NCBI GenBank assembly: GCA_964484585.1
Contig: CAZAGR010000001.1
Location: forward strand, 1 to 30,776
Origin: an uncultured Propionivibrio sp.
GTDB taxonomy: Bacteria; Pseudomonadota; Gammaproteobacteria; Burkholderiales; Rhodocyclaceae
Reading direction: 5' to 3'
DNA: 30,776 nucleotides
Positions within the stretch are counted from its first letter, which is position 1. Each line of letters starts with the position of its first letter. Of the stretch, positions 9,244 to 17,786 are shown one piece after another. The notes beneath the pieces were generated by a model. That model was not told the origin of the DNA and did no database searches. It saw only the letters and a list, made by a program, of their open reading frames with translations. The position numbers and the translations under genes were made by a program.

Positions 9244-9863
9244 CCGCCAACAGCCCACCCGCTTATATCCGGCGACACGGGCACTCAAGGCGAAGGCAAA
9301 ACCCGGATTGAACTCAATACGGACCGCGGCGTCTATGAACAAAACAATGTCCGCGCTCACGCACGACGTCTGCCGATATACCTGCCAACAGCGGAGCGGG
9401 CGACGTCTCACTGCTCGCCGAGTGGCGTTTTTGTGAAAAAGACGGGATGAGCTGGGGCATCAATCCGCAACTGAATTTGCCGACCGGGGACGACAACAGG
9501 GGCTTGGGAAATGGCAAAGCCAGCGCAGGTGTTCATGGGCTGGTGACTTACAGCGCGGACAGATGGACGCTGACTGGCGATCTCGGTACAGCCCGCAATA
9601 GAAACGTTCCGGGCGCGCGGACGTCCTTATGGAATGCGTCTGCGGCGGCGATGTTCACGGTCAGCGATGCGCTCAAACTGGTACTCGATACTGGCGTCAA
9701 TCGGAACTCCGATAGCGCCGCAGACACCAACCCCGCCTTTGCCTTGGTCGGAGCGGTCTGGACGCTCAACCCGTCAATTGACCTGGATCTGGGTTACCAG
9801 CACGGACTCAATAACGCGGAAGTAAAACACAGCATCGGTGCAGGTATAACCCTGCATTTCTAG
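9244..9863 (+). pseudogene. degraded outer-membrane beta-barrel transporter gene (phenol MetA-degradation/SphA-like family)
   Basis: One frame gives AHPLISGDTGTQGEGKTRIELNTD (from 9253), preceded by an in-frame TAA at 9238. A different frame, from about 9360, gives SGAGDVSLLAEWRFCEKDG...LPTGDDNRGLG...DLDLGYQHGL...GITLHF. This implies a frameshift near 9355-9365 and no intact signal peptide. Confidence 0.75.
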
Positions 9864-9882
9864 GCAACGGTTGAAGGCTGGG

Positions 9883-11508
9883 TCAGGCGACGCTGAACCG
9901 TTCCGTCAGCTCATGCAGAGACGCAGCGAGCTCGTTCAACTGACGAGTCGCGTCGGCGATCTCATTGGCCGCCTCGCTATTGTTCGACGACATCTGCGAA
10001 ATGCGTTCAACATTAGTGGCAATTTCGGTGCTGGCAAGTCGCTGCTCCTGCAAGGCCAGGGAAATCTGACCGAGTGCTGCAACCACCTGATCGGTGCCCG
10101 AACGCACTGCCACCATCGAGCTGCCGGCATTATCCGCCAGCTTCACGCCCGCGATCGCCCGCTCTTGTCCTGCTTCGACACCAACAACAGCCTGCTGAGT
10201 GCTGGCCTGGATATCGTGGATGACCGACGTAATTTCATTGGTCGAACTGGCCGTGCGCTCGGCCAATTTGCGCACTTCATCAGCCACGACCGCAAAACCG
10301 CGCCCTTGCTCGCCAGCGCGGGCGGCCTCAATTGCCGCGTTAAGCGCCAGCAGATTGGTTTGGTCAGCGATATCCTTGATGATGCCAATTATGCTGTTGA
10401 TGCGCTGGCTTTGTTCGCCCAGCCCGACGACGACGCCGCGCACGTGTCCAACAGCCTCGGCGATTTGACGCATTTCCGCAGCCGCACTTTGTACCGACTC
10501 CTGGCTCTGCACCGTCAGCCCGCCAGCCGCCTGCGCGGCCCGGTCGGAATCCTTGGCACTATCGGCCATGTTACCGATGCCGACCGTCATTTCCTCCACT
10601 GCCGCGGCAGTGCTGGCGGTAGCTTCATTTTGACTATGAGAACCTTGCGCAACTTGTCCGGCCAGGCCGGACAGTCTGCCGGCAGAGGTCGCCACCGCCT
10701 CCGCGTTTTGCTTGATCTCGCGGATGATCGTCGTCAATGCAATTCGCATAGCGTCGATATTGGCGAGCAAACTGCCGCGATCGCCCGGCGCCAACTCGAT
10801 GCGGGTCCGCAGGTCACCGCCGGCAATTTTCTGCGCCACACTCGCGGCATAGGCGGGCTCGCCGCCCAAGGTGGCGAGCAGGTCGCGAACGATCCAGCCA
10901 ACGATCACGACCAGTGCAACCACGGCGAGGATGCCGATCAAGATATTGTTCCGCACGGCGTCGGCGCGGGCCGAGTCAAACTCTACGTCGGCGGCGGCTA
11001 ATTGTTGCTTGGTTTCCTTGGCGGCCTTGTTCAGGCTTTCCGAAATCAGCGCGGCCAGTTTGTCGATTTTGTCATCCGCAGCGCGGATCGCCGGCCAGTC
11101 GGGTGGATCAGCCTTGGCCAGAGGCAGCGTCTCCGTTTCGTAGAGCTGAATCATCGCCATAACGGCAGTCTTACCCTCTTTCAGCGCAGCAATTTCGCCA
11201 GCTGTGTCAGCATGCTTGGTCACATTTTCAAGCAGGGCCAATTCGTCGGCCTTGGCTTTCGCCCAGTCTTTCTCCGACTCCGGAAAGTTCTGGTTGATGA
11301 TCGTATCGGCAACGATCTGATACAGGCGCGCGCCTATGTCGGCCGCCAGCTGGGCATTTGCCGCCTCGTCGGCCGTTTGCGCGCCTCGATCCTGCAAAGC
11401 ACCCATGCGCGACATGGCCAGAGTTGAATTGACGGCAATCGTGGCACTGGCCAACACGGCAATCACCAAAACCAGATACAGCTTCGCTCGAACGGTCAGT
11501 TGTTTCAT
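9883..11508 (-). CDS. methyl-accepting chemotaxis protein (TM - periplasmic helical domain - TM - HAMP - signalling domain)
   Basis: [40 protein letters not shown] signature and two hydrophobic TM segments. Confidence 0.97.
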   Translation of the reverse strand: MKQLTVRAKLYLVLVIAVLASATIAVNSTLAMSRMGALQDRGAQTADEAANAQLAADIGARLYQIVADTIINQNFPESEKDWAKAKADELALLENVTKHADTAGEIAALKEGKTAVMAMIQLYETETLPLAKADPPDWPAIRAADDKIDKLAALISESLNKAAKETKQQLAAADVEFDSARADAVRNNILIGILAVVALVVIVGWIVRDLLATLGGEPAYAASVAQKIAGGDLRTRIELAPGDRGSLLANIDAMRIALTTIIREIKQNAEAVATSAGRLSGLAGQVAQGSHSQNEATASTAAAVEEMTVGIGNMADSAKDSDRAAQAAGGLTVQSQESVQSAAAEMRQIAEAVGHVRGVVVGLGEQSQRINSIIGIIKDIADQTNLLALNAAIEAARAGEQGRGFAVVADEVRKLAERTASSTNEITSVIHDIQASTQQAVVGVEAGQERAIAGVKLADNAGSSMVAVRSGTDQVVAALGQISLALQEQRLASTEIATNVERISQMSSNNSEAANEIADATRQLNELAASLHELTERFSVA

Positions 11509-11757
11509 GATTTCCCTTGTGGATTGACGCTTGCTTAAACGGCCGGTCAGGACCGCAGTCTGCCATAAAAAATGTACGCTCGCAGCATCACCATTAAGGC
11601 AATATGGTTATGACGCCACAACATTAGCGATATGCACAAATTCAACCAGTCTCTAACATTTACAGCAGCCCAATACTCCGGCCCCAATTTAGATAAAAGC
11701 AACGCCGAAAAAATTGCATGTGCTAATCTGGCTTCACCGCTTTACAAGGCGAACCGA

Positions 11758-13017
11758 ATGAACCCGTTAACTCCCCTGCGCGTCAGCCTGTCCATCGGTT
11801 TAATGTTGGCGACTGTGCTCGCTCATGCCGCCCATGGGCAAAACGACCACGCTCGTACCACCTTCAGCGGCTTCGGCACTCTGGGGTATGTGCACGACGA
11901 TTCCAGCCACCACGCCTTCACGCGAGACCTCGCACAATCCATTGATGTAAGCTCGAACTCGACATGGAAAGCCGACACCCGACTGGGGTTGCAGCTTGTC
12001 CATACGGTTGGGCCAACCCTCGAGTTTGTTGGGCAACTGGTCATTCGCGACCAAGCGCAAGCAAGTCTCGACCGCTCCATCGAATGGGCCTTTGTCGGGT
12101 ACCGCCCGACCTCCGAGTTGAATCTTCGCGCCGGGCGCGTCGGCGTCGATGTTTTTCTGATGTCGGATTCACGGCACATCGGCTACAGCTACCCGTGGGT
12201 GCGGCCGCCCATGGAGGCCTATGCCTGGATGCCACTCTACTACCTCGAGGGCGGTGATATCACCTGGCAAAAGGATGGTCTTGATGCTACCTGGCGCGTC
12301 AAGGCGCAAGCAGGAAAAGGCCGCATGCGCATTCCGTTCTTTAACCGCATCTTGAACTTCGAGACCAAGGCTTTTTGGGACGCCACGGTCAGCCGCGAAA
12401 CCGGCCCACTGACGCTGAAGGCGGGCTACGCCGGTTTTCGCGCTGCCAAGCAAGGACCTATAGAAGAATTGCTGGCCGGACTTGATTCCGTTGCGGGAGC
12501 CGGACTCGGACCCTTCAGCGATGAAGCGGCACAACTGCGCGGCGACGTCTCCTTCAAGGACGCACGCATCGGCTATTCGTCCATCGGCGCAGCCTACGAC
12601 GACGGCGTCTGGCTACTGCAAAGCGAGTTAAGTAATGTCACCGGCAGCACGGCCATCGTCCCGCGAGGGCAACGCGCCTACGTCAGCGTCGGTCGTCGTT
12701 TTGGCGCATGGACACCTTACGTCCTGTTAGCCACCAGCCGCTCGCCGGGGGCCAGGACCGCAGTCAATGACTGGAGCCCTCTTGGCCCGGCGGCGGCCTT
12801 GCAGGCAGGCGCGATCGGTGCCATCAACGCCACGCGCATTGCACAGAAAACCGTCGCGCTCGGCGTGCGTTGGGATTTCCACAATAGTGCCGCGCTCAAA
12901 GTGCAGTGGGATTCAGTCCGTGGCGAATCGAATGGGTGGGCACTCTGGTCGAAAGATCGCGAATTCGAGGCGGCCAGAGTAAACCTGCTGTCGACCACGC
13001 TGGACTTTTCGTTTTGA
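11758..13017 (+). CDS. putative outer-membrane porin / beta-barrel protein
   Basis: Signal peptide ending AHA; FSGFGTLG, LDRSIEWAFVGY, LRAGR.G.D.FLMSDSRHIGYSYPWVRPP.E.Y, ALGVRWDF...AALKVQWD; C-terminal LDFSF beta-signal. The start is placed at MNPL rather than at 11632. Confidence 0.8.
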   Translation: MNPLTPLRVSLSIGLMLATVLAHAAHGQNDHARTTFSGFGTLGYVHDDSSHHAFTRDLAQSIDVSSNSTWKADTRLGLQLVHTVGPTLEFVGQLVIRDQAQASLDRSIEWAFVGYRPTSELNLRAGRVGVDVFLMSDSRHIGYSYPWVRPPMEAYAWMPLYYLEGGDITWQKDGLDATWRVKAQAGKGRMRIPFFNRILNFETKAFWDATVSRETGPLTLKAGYAGFRAAKQGPIEELLAGLDSVAGAGLGPFSDEAAQLRGDVSFKDARIGYSSIGAAYDDGVWLLQSELSNVTGSTAIVPRGQRAYVSVGRRFGAWTPYVLLATSRSPGARTAVNDWSPLGPAAALQAGAIGAINATRIAQKTVALGVRWDFHNSAALKVQWDSVRGESNGWALWSKDREFEAARVNLLSTTLDFSF

Positions 13018-13028
13018 AACTGGCGAAC

Positions 13029-13466
13029 ATGCTCATGCGTAGAAAAATAAGGCTGATTGCACTAGTCGCCGTCGGTCTCGCGTCCGGGTTGGCCCGTGCT
13101 GACCTGACCGTGATTGTCAATGCCAACAGCCCGATCAAGGCATTGACTGCAAAACAGGTGGCCGAGTTTTATCTGGGTCGCAACCGGTCATTTGATCATG
13201 GAGAATACGCTCTGGTGATCGACCAAGGTCGTGACACTCCTCAGCGCGAACGGTTTTTCAAGGCTGTCACGGGCATGGCCATGCCGCAAGTGAATGCCTA
13301 TTGGTCACGTCTTAAATTCACCGGCCAGATCCAGCCGCCGCAACAGATTGATACCGAATCCGTGGTCATCGACATGGTGTCGCGCAACCCGACGGCCATT
13401 GCCTACGTGACAGGCAATGTGGTTGGCAATCCGCAAGTCAAGTCCGTGCTTTTCATCCGCGAATAG
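13029..13466 (+). CDS. small periplasmic protein of the phosphate-ABC-SBP-like single-domain family
   Basis: Signal peptide ending ARA; VIVNANSP...YLG...YWSRLKFTG..QPP...V..NPTAIAYV pattern; 145 aa; 11 nt downstream of the porin gene. Confidence 0.75.
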   Translation: MLMRRKIRLIALVAVGLASGLARADLTVIVNANSPIKALTAKQVAEFYLGRNRSFDHGEYALVIDQGRDTPQRERFFKAVTGMAMPQVNAYWSRLKFTGQIQPPQQIDTESVVIDMVSRNPTAIAYVTGNVVGNPQVKSVLFIRE

Positions 13467-13500
13467 AACCGGCAATCAAGTGGCAATACACGAAAACAAG

Positions 13501-15123
13501 ATGACCTCAAGCCTGAAGCACGGATTGGTGCTTTGGGTCTCGATCGGATCTCTGATATTCGCCGCACTTGCCGGCGCTGCCCTGTTTGCGTTTGAATTTC
13601 AAAGCCAACGCAGCGAGGCGAAGGAACAGCAGAAACAATTGGCAGCTACGGTCAAATCCTCTGCAGCAGTTGCGGCCTTTGTGGCCAATGAAGAAATTGC
13701 TCGCGATGTCGTCAAAGGACTGTTGTCAAATTCACTGGTCGCCGCAGCCGCAATCGAGAATGAAGCGGGAAAGGTAATCTACTCGAACCACAAGGTAACC
13801 GGCGCCGAATTACGCAGGGAGGCCGCGACCAGATATCCGCTGCCATCGCCCATCAGTGTAGACGACATCAGCGGACTCTTATTGATTGAACAGGATGATG
13901 CCTACATTGATGCCCGGGCAATGCAAATCGCGTTCTGGCAATCGGTAATACTTGTTGTTCAAATCGCGATATCCGGGATCTTGCTGATCTTGCTGTTCGA
14001 CCACACCGTGGGACGTCCGCTCGGAGCATTGGCGCGAATGGTTGCGCAGGCGATTCCCGGCAGCGGCACCCGGCTGGTGGCGCCACCCGGCCAGACCGAT
14101 ACGGAAATTGGTTTGCTGGTTCTGTGCACCAATGCACTGCTTGGAACAGCCGAGAGCGCGATCGACGAGGAGCGCGAGCTGCGCGCCAAAGTTGAAAAGA
14201 TGGAAGCGTACTACCGGCGAATTTTCGAGACGACCAATGTCGGCATCATGGTGCTCAACGAACATGGAAACTTGATCAACAGCAATCCCGTACTGCTGTC
14301 GCGCATCGTCGGCATTCACTTTGACGGCGGTCACGTCAAGGAGAGCAACAAGTTCATCGAAACGATATTTTGCGAGCCCGACGTCGTCTGGTCCTTGATC
14401 AACGAAGCCGCAAAAACACACCGCTCGGTTTCTGCCGACTGTCAGTTGCGTACCGCAAACGACAGTGAAAAGTGGGCGCACTGCATCATCTCTGTGGTAC
14501 TCGGACGTAAGGGTCAGATTGAATTGATCGAAGGCGTGCTCTACGATGTCACCGACCGTCGGATCGAAGAAGACAAAATGCGCCGGCAGGCCGACCACGA
14601 TGCTCTGACGGGCCTGCGCAACCGGCGCGGCATGGAATCATTTCTCGATCGCAGCCTGCGTCATGCCGCCGAAAATGAGCAGTGCGTGGGTGTGTTGCTG
14701 ATTGACCTGGATGGCTTCAAAGCAGTGAATGACACCCAGGGTCACGACGCCGGCGATCAGGTGCTCAAAGGCGTTGCCGAGCGATTGCTGGGACGAATCC
14801 GGCGCTCTTCGGATGCCGTGGCACGTCAAGGTGGCGACGAGTTCGTGATTATTGCAAACAACTGCGGGAACGACACGAAGGCCGTCGAGGAGATCGCGAC
14901 GGACGTGGTCAGCTTGATGCGGGAACCCTTCCAGCTCGACGATGGCAGCTTCGCCCAGATCGGCGCCAGCATCGGCATTGCGCGTTACCCGCTAAATGGC
15001 CACACCCGCACCACGGTGATCGCCGCCGCCGACGCAGCGATGTACGTCGCCAAGAAGTCGGGCAAGAACCGCCATTCGATAGCGCCCACGGATGATCATC
15101 CGCCGGATAGCGACTTGGTCTAG
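13501..15123 (+). CDS. membrane-bound diguanylate cyclase (TM - periplasmic - TM - HAMP-like - PAS - GGDEF)
   Basis: DALTGLRNR, LLIDLDGFKAVNDTQGHDAGD, intact RSSD..ARQGGDEF (RxxD I-site plus GGDEF) and SIGIA. The start could instead be the GTG at 13480. Confidence 0.93.
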   Translation: MTSSLKHGLVLWVSIGSLIFAALAGAALFAFEFQSQRSEAKEQQKQLAATVKSSAAVAAFVANEEIARDVVKGLLSNSLVAAAAIENEAGKVIYSNHKVTGAELRREAATRYPLPSPISVDDISGLLLIEQDDAYIDARAMQIAFWQSVILVVQIAISGILLILLFDHTVGRPLGALARMVAQAIPGSGTRLVAPPGQTDTEIGLLVLCTNALLGTAESAIDEERELRAKVEKMEAYYRRIFETTNVGIMVLNEHGNLINSNPVLLSRIVGIHFDGGHVKESNKFIETIFCEPDVVWSLINEAAKTHRSVSADCQLRTANDSEKWAHCIISVVLGRKGQIELIEGVLYDVTDRRIEEDKMRRQADHDALTGLRNRRGMESFLDRSLRHAAENEQCVGVLLIDLDGFKAVNDTQGHDAGDQVLKGVAERLLGRIRRSSDAVARQGGDEFVIIANNCGNDTKAVEEIATDVVSLMREPFQLDDGSFAQIGASIGIARYPLNGHTRTTVIAAADAAMYVAKKSGKNRHSIAPTDDHPPDSDLV

Positions 15124-15168
15124 GTTTACCGCAATCCAATGCGCCGACATTGCCTGCCTGGCGACAAG

Positions 15169-17268
15169 TCAAGAACGAGTCAAGCGGCGGTAGGTTTCAG
15201 CCAAGCGCAACGGAAGTTTTGTGACATCGGCAAGCACAGAATAGCTGGACTCGCCATAGAGCCGCTTGAGGTAATCCGCACCGTGGCGATCAATCGTCAC
15301 GCCATAGCTGCGAATTCCCGCTTGAGTCGCCTCTTGCAAGGCACGCCGCGTATCCTCGATGCCGTAATGTCCGCGGTATTCGTCACCATGGTCGTCGGGC
15401 CGGCCATCGGTCAGCGTTACCAGCAACGTGTGCCGCGCCGGTTGTGCGGATAGCAATCTGGACACATGGCGGATCGCCACGCCCATACGCGTGTAATCCT
15501 TTGCCTCGATACCTGCAATGCGCTCGCGCACCTCGTCGCTATAGACTTCATCAAATGACTTGATGCGATAAATCTCGCAACGCGTGCGTGTCCAGCCGGA
15601 GAATCCGTAAATGGCGTAGCGGTCGTCCAAGGCCTCAAAGGCTTCGCACAGCATCACCAACGCCTCGCGCTCGGCATCATTGACCCAACCCTTGGTCGAG
15701 CCGCTCATATCAACCAGGAACATGACCGCCAGCGACCGCTCGGAGCGCACGCGCCGGCGAAAGACATTCGACTCCGATTCGGCACCTGCCCTCAGATCGG
15801 CGAACGCATCAACCAGGGTATCGAGATCGATCTCTTCGCCTTCCGGCTGACGCCGATGAACCTTGTCTTCACCTCGAAGGGCTTCGAAACGGCGGCGAAT
15901 CTGGCGAATCAATGGCGCATGGCGTTGCCGCACCTCGGTGACATAGTCGCCATTACCACCACTACCACCATTGCCGCCACTGATTTCACATGCATAGACG
16001 TGGCACCAATCGCGCCGGTAGGCCTTGCGATGGTAATCCCACTCGTCGTAACGGTAATCGGGGTCGCCCTCGCTCGCGGCCACGGTCGGTTCGTCAGCTG
16101 ACGCGACCGGCTGCCAAACGCCTTCACCCGCCGGCTGCAAAAGCTCCAAGGGCAATTCGCCTAAATCCTGTTTCAACGACTCGGCTGCCGCGTGCGCATC
16201 CGGTGGAAGATTCAACAGCATTTCTGCCAAGTCTGAGGCTTGAGGCGCAATATCCTCTGGGCTCGACTGCGGCAACTGGGCGGTATTGCCTCGCATTCGA
16301 TCGCTGCTCCGCAGCACGTGCAGCGCGCGTCTGACTCGTTCGACATTGCGCTCCACGCGGACATCACGCGCCCGCATCGCAGCCTCTGGATCGAGCATGC
16401 CGGAATGGACCAGATTCGGCACCGCATTGCCCTGGTCGCGCAAACTATCGAGCAAGCGCAGACTGTCTCCAACGTCGCTAACCGCGGTTAATTGATCAAC
16501 CGCGACCGCCAGTTCAATCGGCCACGGCCCACGCACAGCGGCGATTTCCGCCGCCAACCCGGGCAGTTCCTTGCCAATACAGGCTTCAAGACGTACGGCT
16601 TCCAATGCCACCAACCAACGCAAGGCTTGCTGGCGATCCGCCCAGAGACCGACGTGCGCCTCGAGATCGACTGAAAATGTGCCGAAGTGCGTCTGCGCCC
16701 ACAACAGGACTGCCGTCGCCTTATACAGGCCGCGGTTGGCGTTCGTGTCCGCCAGAGCATTGAGACTGGCCGGGAGAAAAATCGTTTCAGTATCAGTCCA
16801 GGCGCGCTCGCCGACAGCCACAGTCAGCGCACGACTGTTCAGCTGACCACCCAAAGCCTGCAGCAGGCGCGACAAACGCGCCTCAACATCGGCGAGGTGA
16901 GCTACGCCCTGACCCTGGTTAGCCGAAAAAAAGCCCTCAATATCCTCCAGCACCTTTGACGCCGAAACGGAGCCAGAGCGATCAAACTCATCGAGGCCGT
17001 GGCGAACCCACGCGGCAAACTCATCCTCGCCCTGCGGTGCCAACACTGTTGCAAACACTTGAGGCGCCAGCATACAAATTCGGTGCGCAAAATCCGCGTC
17101 CGTTATCGCGGCCACCCGCGCCCAATGCAACACTGCATCCTGTTGCGTCCGCGAAAGCGCTTCCAGCCCGCTGGCCGCAAGATTCAACGCCCGATGCGAT
17201 GGCGAGGCAAACAGCAGTTCATCAAGCCGAACCATCAGTTCTTCGGCGAAAAATTTTCTCTCTGTCAC
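15169..17268 (-). CDS. CbbO/NorD-family von Willebrand factor A domain protein
   Basis: YDEWDY, GEEIDLD, MIDAS FLVDMSGST, YAIYGFSG, YTRMGVAIRH, LTDGRPDD and YGIEDTR. The GTG at 17268 forms a GTGA overlap with the upstream stop, so it is preferred over 17301. Confidence 0.88.
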   Translation of the reverse strand: MTERKFFAEELMVRLDELLFASPSHRALNLAASGLEALSRTQQDAVLHWARVAAITDADFAHRICMLAPQVFATVLAPQGEDEFAAWVRHGLDEFDRSGSVSASKVLEDIEGFFSANQGQGVAHLADVEARLSRLLQALGGQLNSRALTVAVGERAWTDTETIFLPASLNALADTNANRGLYKATAVLLWAQTHFGTFSVDLEAHVGLWADRQQALRWLVALEAVRLEACIGKELPGLAAEIAAVRGPWPIELAVAVDQLTAVSDVGDSLRLLDSLRDQGNAVPNLVHSGMLDPEAAMRARDVRVERNVERVRRALHVLRSSDRMRGNTAQLPQSSPEDIAPQASDLAEMLLNLPPDAHAAAESLKQDLGELPLELLQPAGEGVWQPVASADEPTVAASEGDPDYRYDEWDYHRKAYRRDWCHVYACEISGGNGGSGGNGDYVTEVRQRHAPLIRQIRRRFEALRGEDKVHRRQPEGEEIDLDTLVDAFADLRAGAESESNVFRRRVRSERSLAVMFLVDMSGSTKGWVNDAEREALVMLCEAFEALDDRYAIYGFSGWTRTRCEIYRIKSFDEVYSDEVRERIAGIEAKDYTRMGVAIRHVSRLLSAQPARHTLLVTLTDGRPDDHGDEYRGHYGIEDTRRALQEATQAGIRSYGVTIDRHGADYLKRLYGESSYSVLADVTKLPLRLAETYRRLTRS

Positions 17269-17756
17269 GATGTATCGCCGATTGTCAACGCCACGCGCCA
17301 CTGATCCAACTTGTCTTCAAAACGCATTCCGGCATGAGCCGGGCTGGTCGATGGGAGAGACATCGTTTCCAATCCCAGTGCAGTAAATTCACGCACTCTG
17401 CGTGCCGCAACACGCCCATTGAAGCAGACGCGCCGTAGCGCCGGCGCCGACTTTTTGAGTGTCGCAATATCGTTCGGGATGCTATTTCCAATGGCGCTAT
17501 CGAGGCTGCCGGCGCGCTCGCACGCGGCGTAACTATCCCAGATCGCCAACCGCGCCGCCCTCACCGCGACAAGGCGCTCCGCGTAGGACAATTCCGCCAA
17601 CGGTCGCCCGAGCACTGCGCCAAGAATGCGCCAGAACTGATTGCGCGGGTGCGCGTAGTACTGTTGTGCGGAAATCGATGCTACTGACGGAAACGAGCCG
17701 AGAATCAACACTCGCGCATTTTCGTCAAACACCGGCGGCAAGCCACTCAGCAACAT
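17265..17756 (-). CDS. uracil-DNA glycosylase superfamily protein, DNA-deoxyinosine (hypoxanthine) glycosylase type
   Basis: VLILGSFPS...QYYAHPRNQFW, WD...CER.GSLDS.I, FNG and LPSTSPAHA. Confidence 0.88.
   Translation of the reverse strand: MLLSGLPPVFDENARVLILGSFPSVASISAQQYYAHPRNQFWRILGAVLGRPLAELSYAERLVAVRAARLAIWDSYAACERAGSLDSAIGNSIPNDIATLKKSAPALRRVCFNGRVAARRVREFTALGLETMSLPSTSPAHAGMRFEDKLDQWRVALTIGDTS
17431..17455 (+). repeat. 25-bp dispersed motif, copy D (CGCCGTAGCGCCGGCGCCGACTTTT)
   Basis: Read directly from the sequence. It lies inside the glycosylase CDS and encodes KKSAPALRR on the minus strand. Confidence 0.88.
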
Positions 17757-17786
17757 TCGGAAGCCCCTACGCGAGCCCTGCCCCTT

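Noticed and set aside
9871-11001. 376-aa plus-strand ORF (and 11002-11427)
   Set aside because: Antisense shadows of the MCP gene.
11530-11570. Possible sigma28 promoter for the MCP (GCCGTTTA on the minus strand)
   Set aside because: There is no acceptable TAAA-like -35 element at 15-nt spacing.
11632-11757. Upstream extension of the porin ORF
   Set aside because: It is hydrophilic and lies in the AT-richer promoter region; the signal peptide begins at 11758.
15945-15980. GGNGGSGGNG low-complexity stretch in the vWA protein
   Set aside because: It is a short Gly-rich linker with no further structure; not informative.
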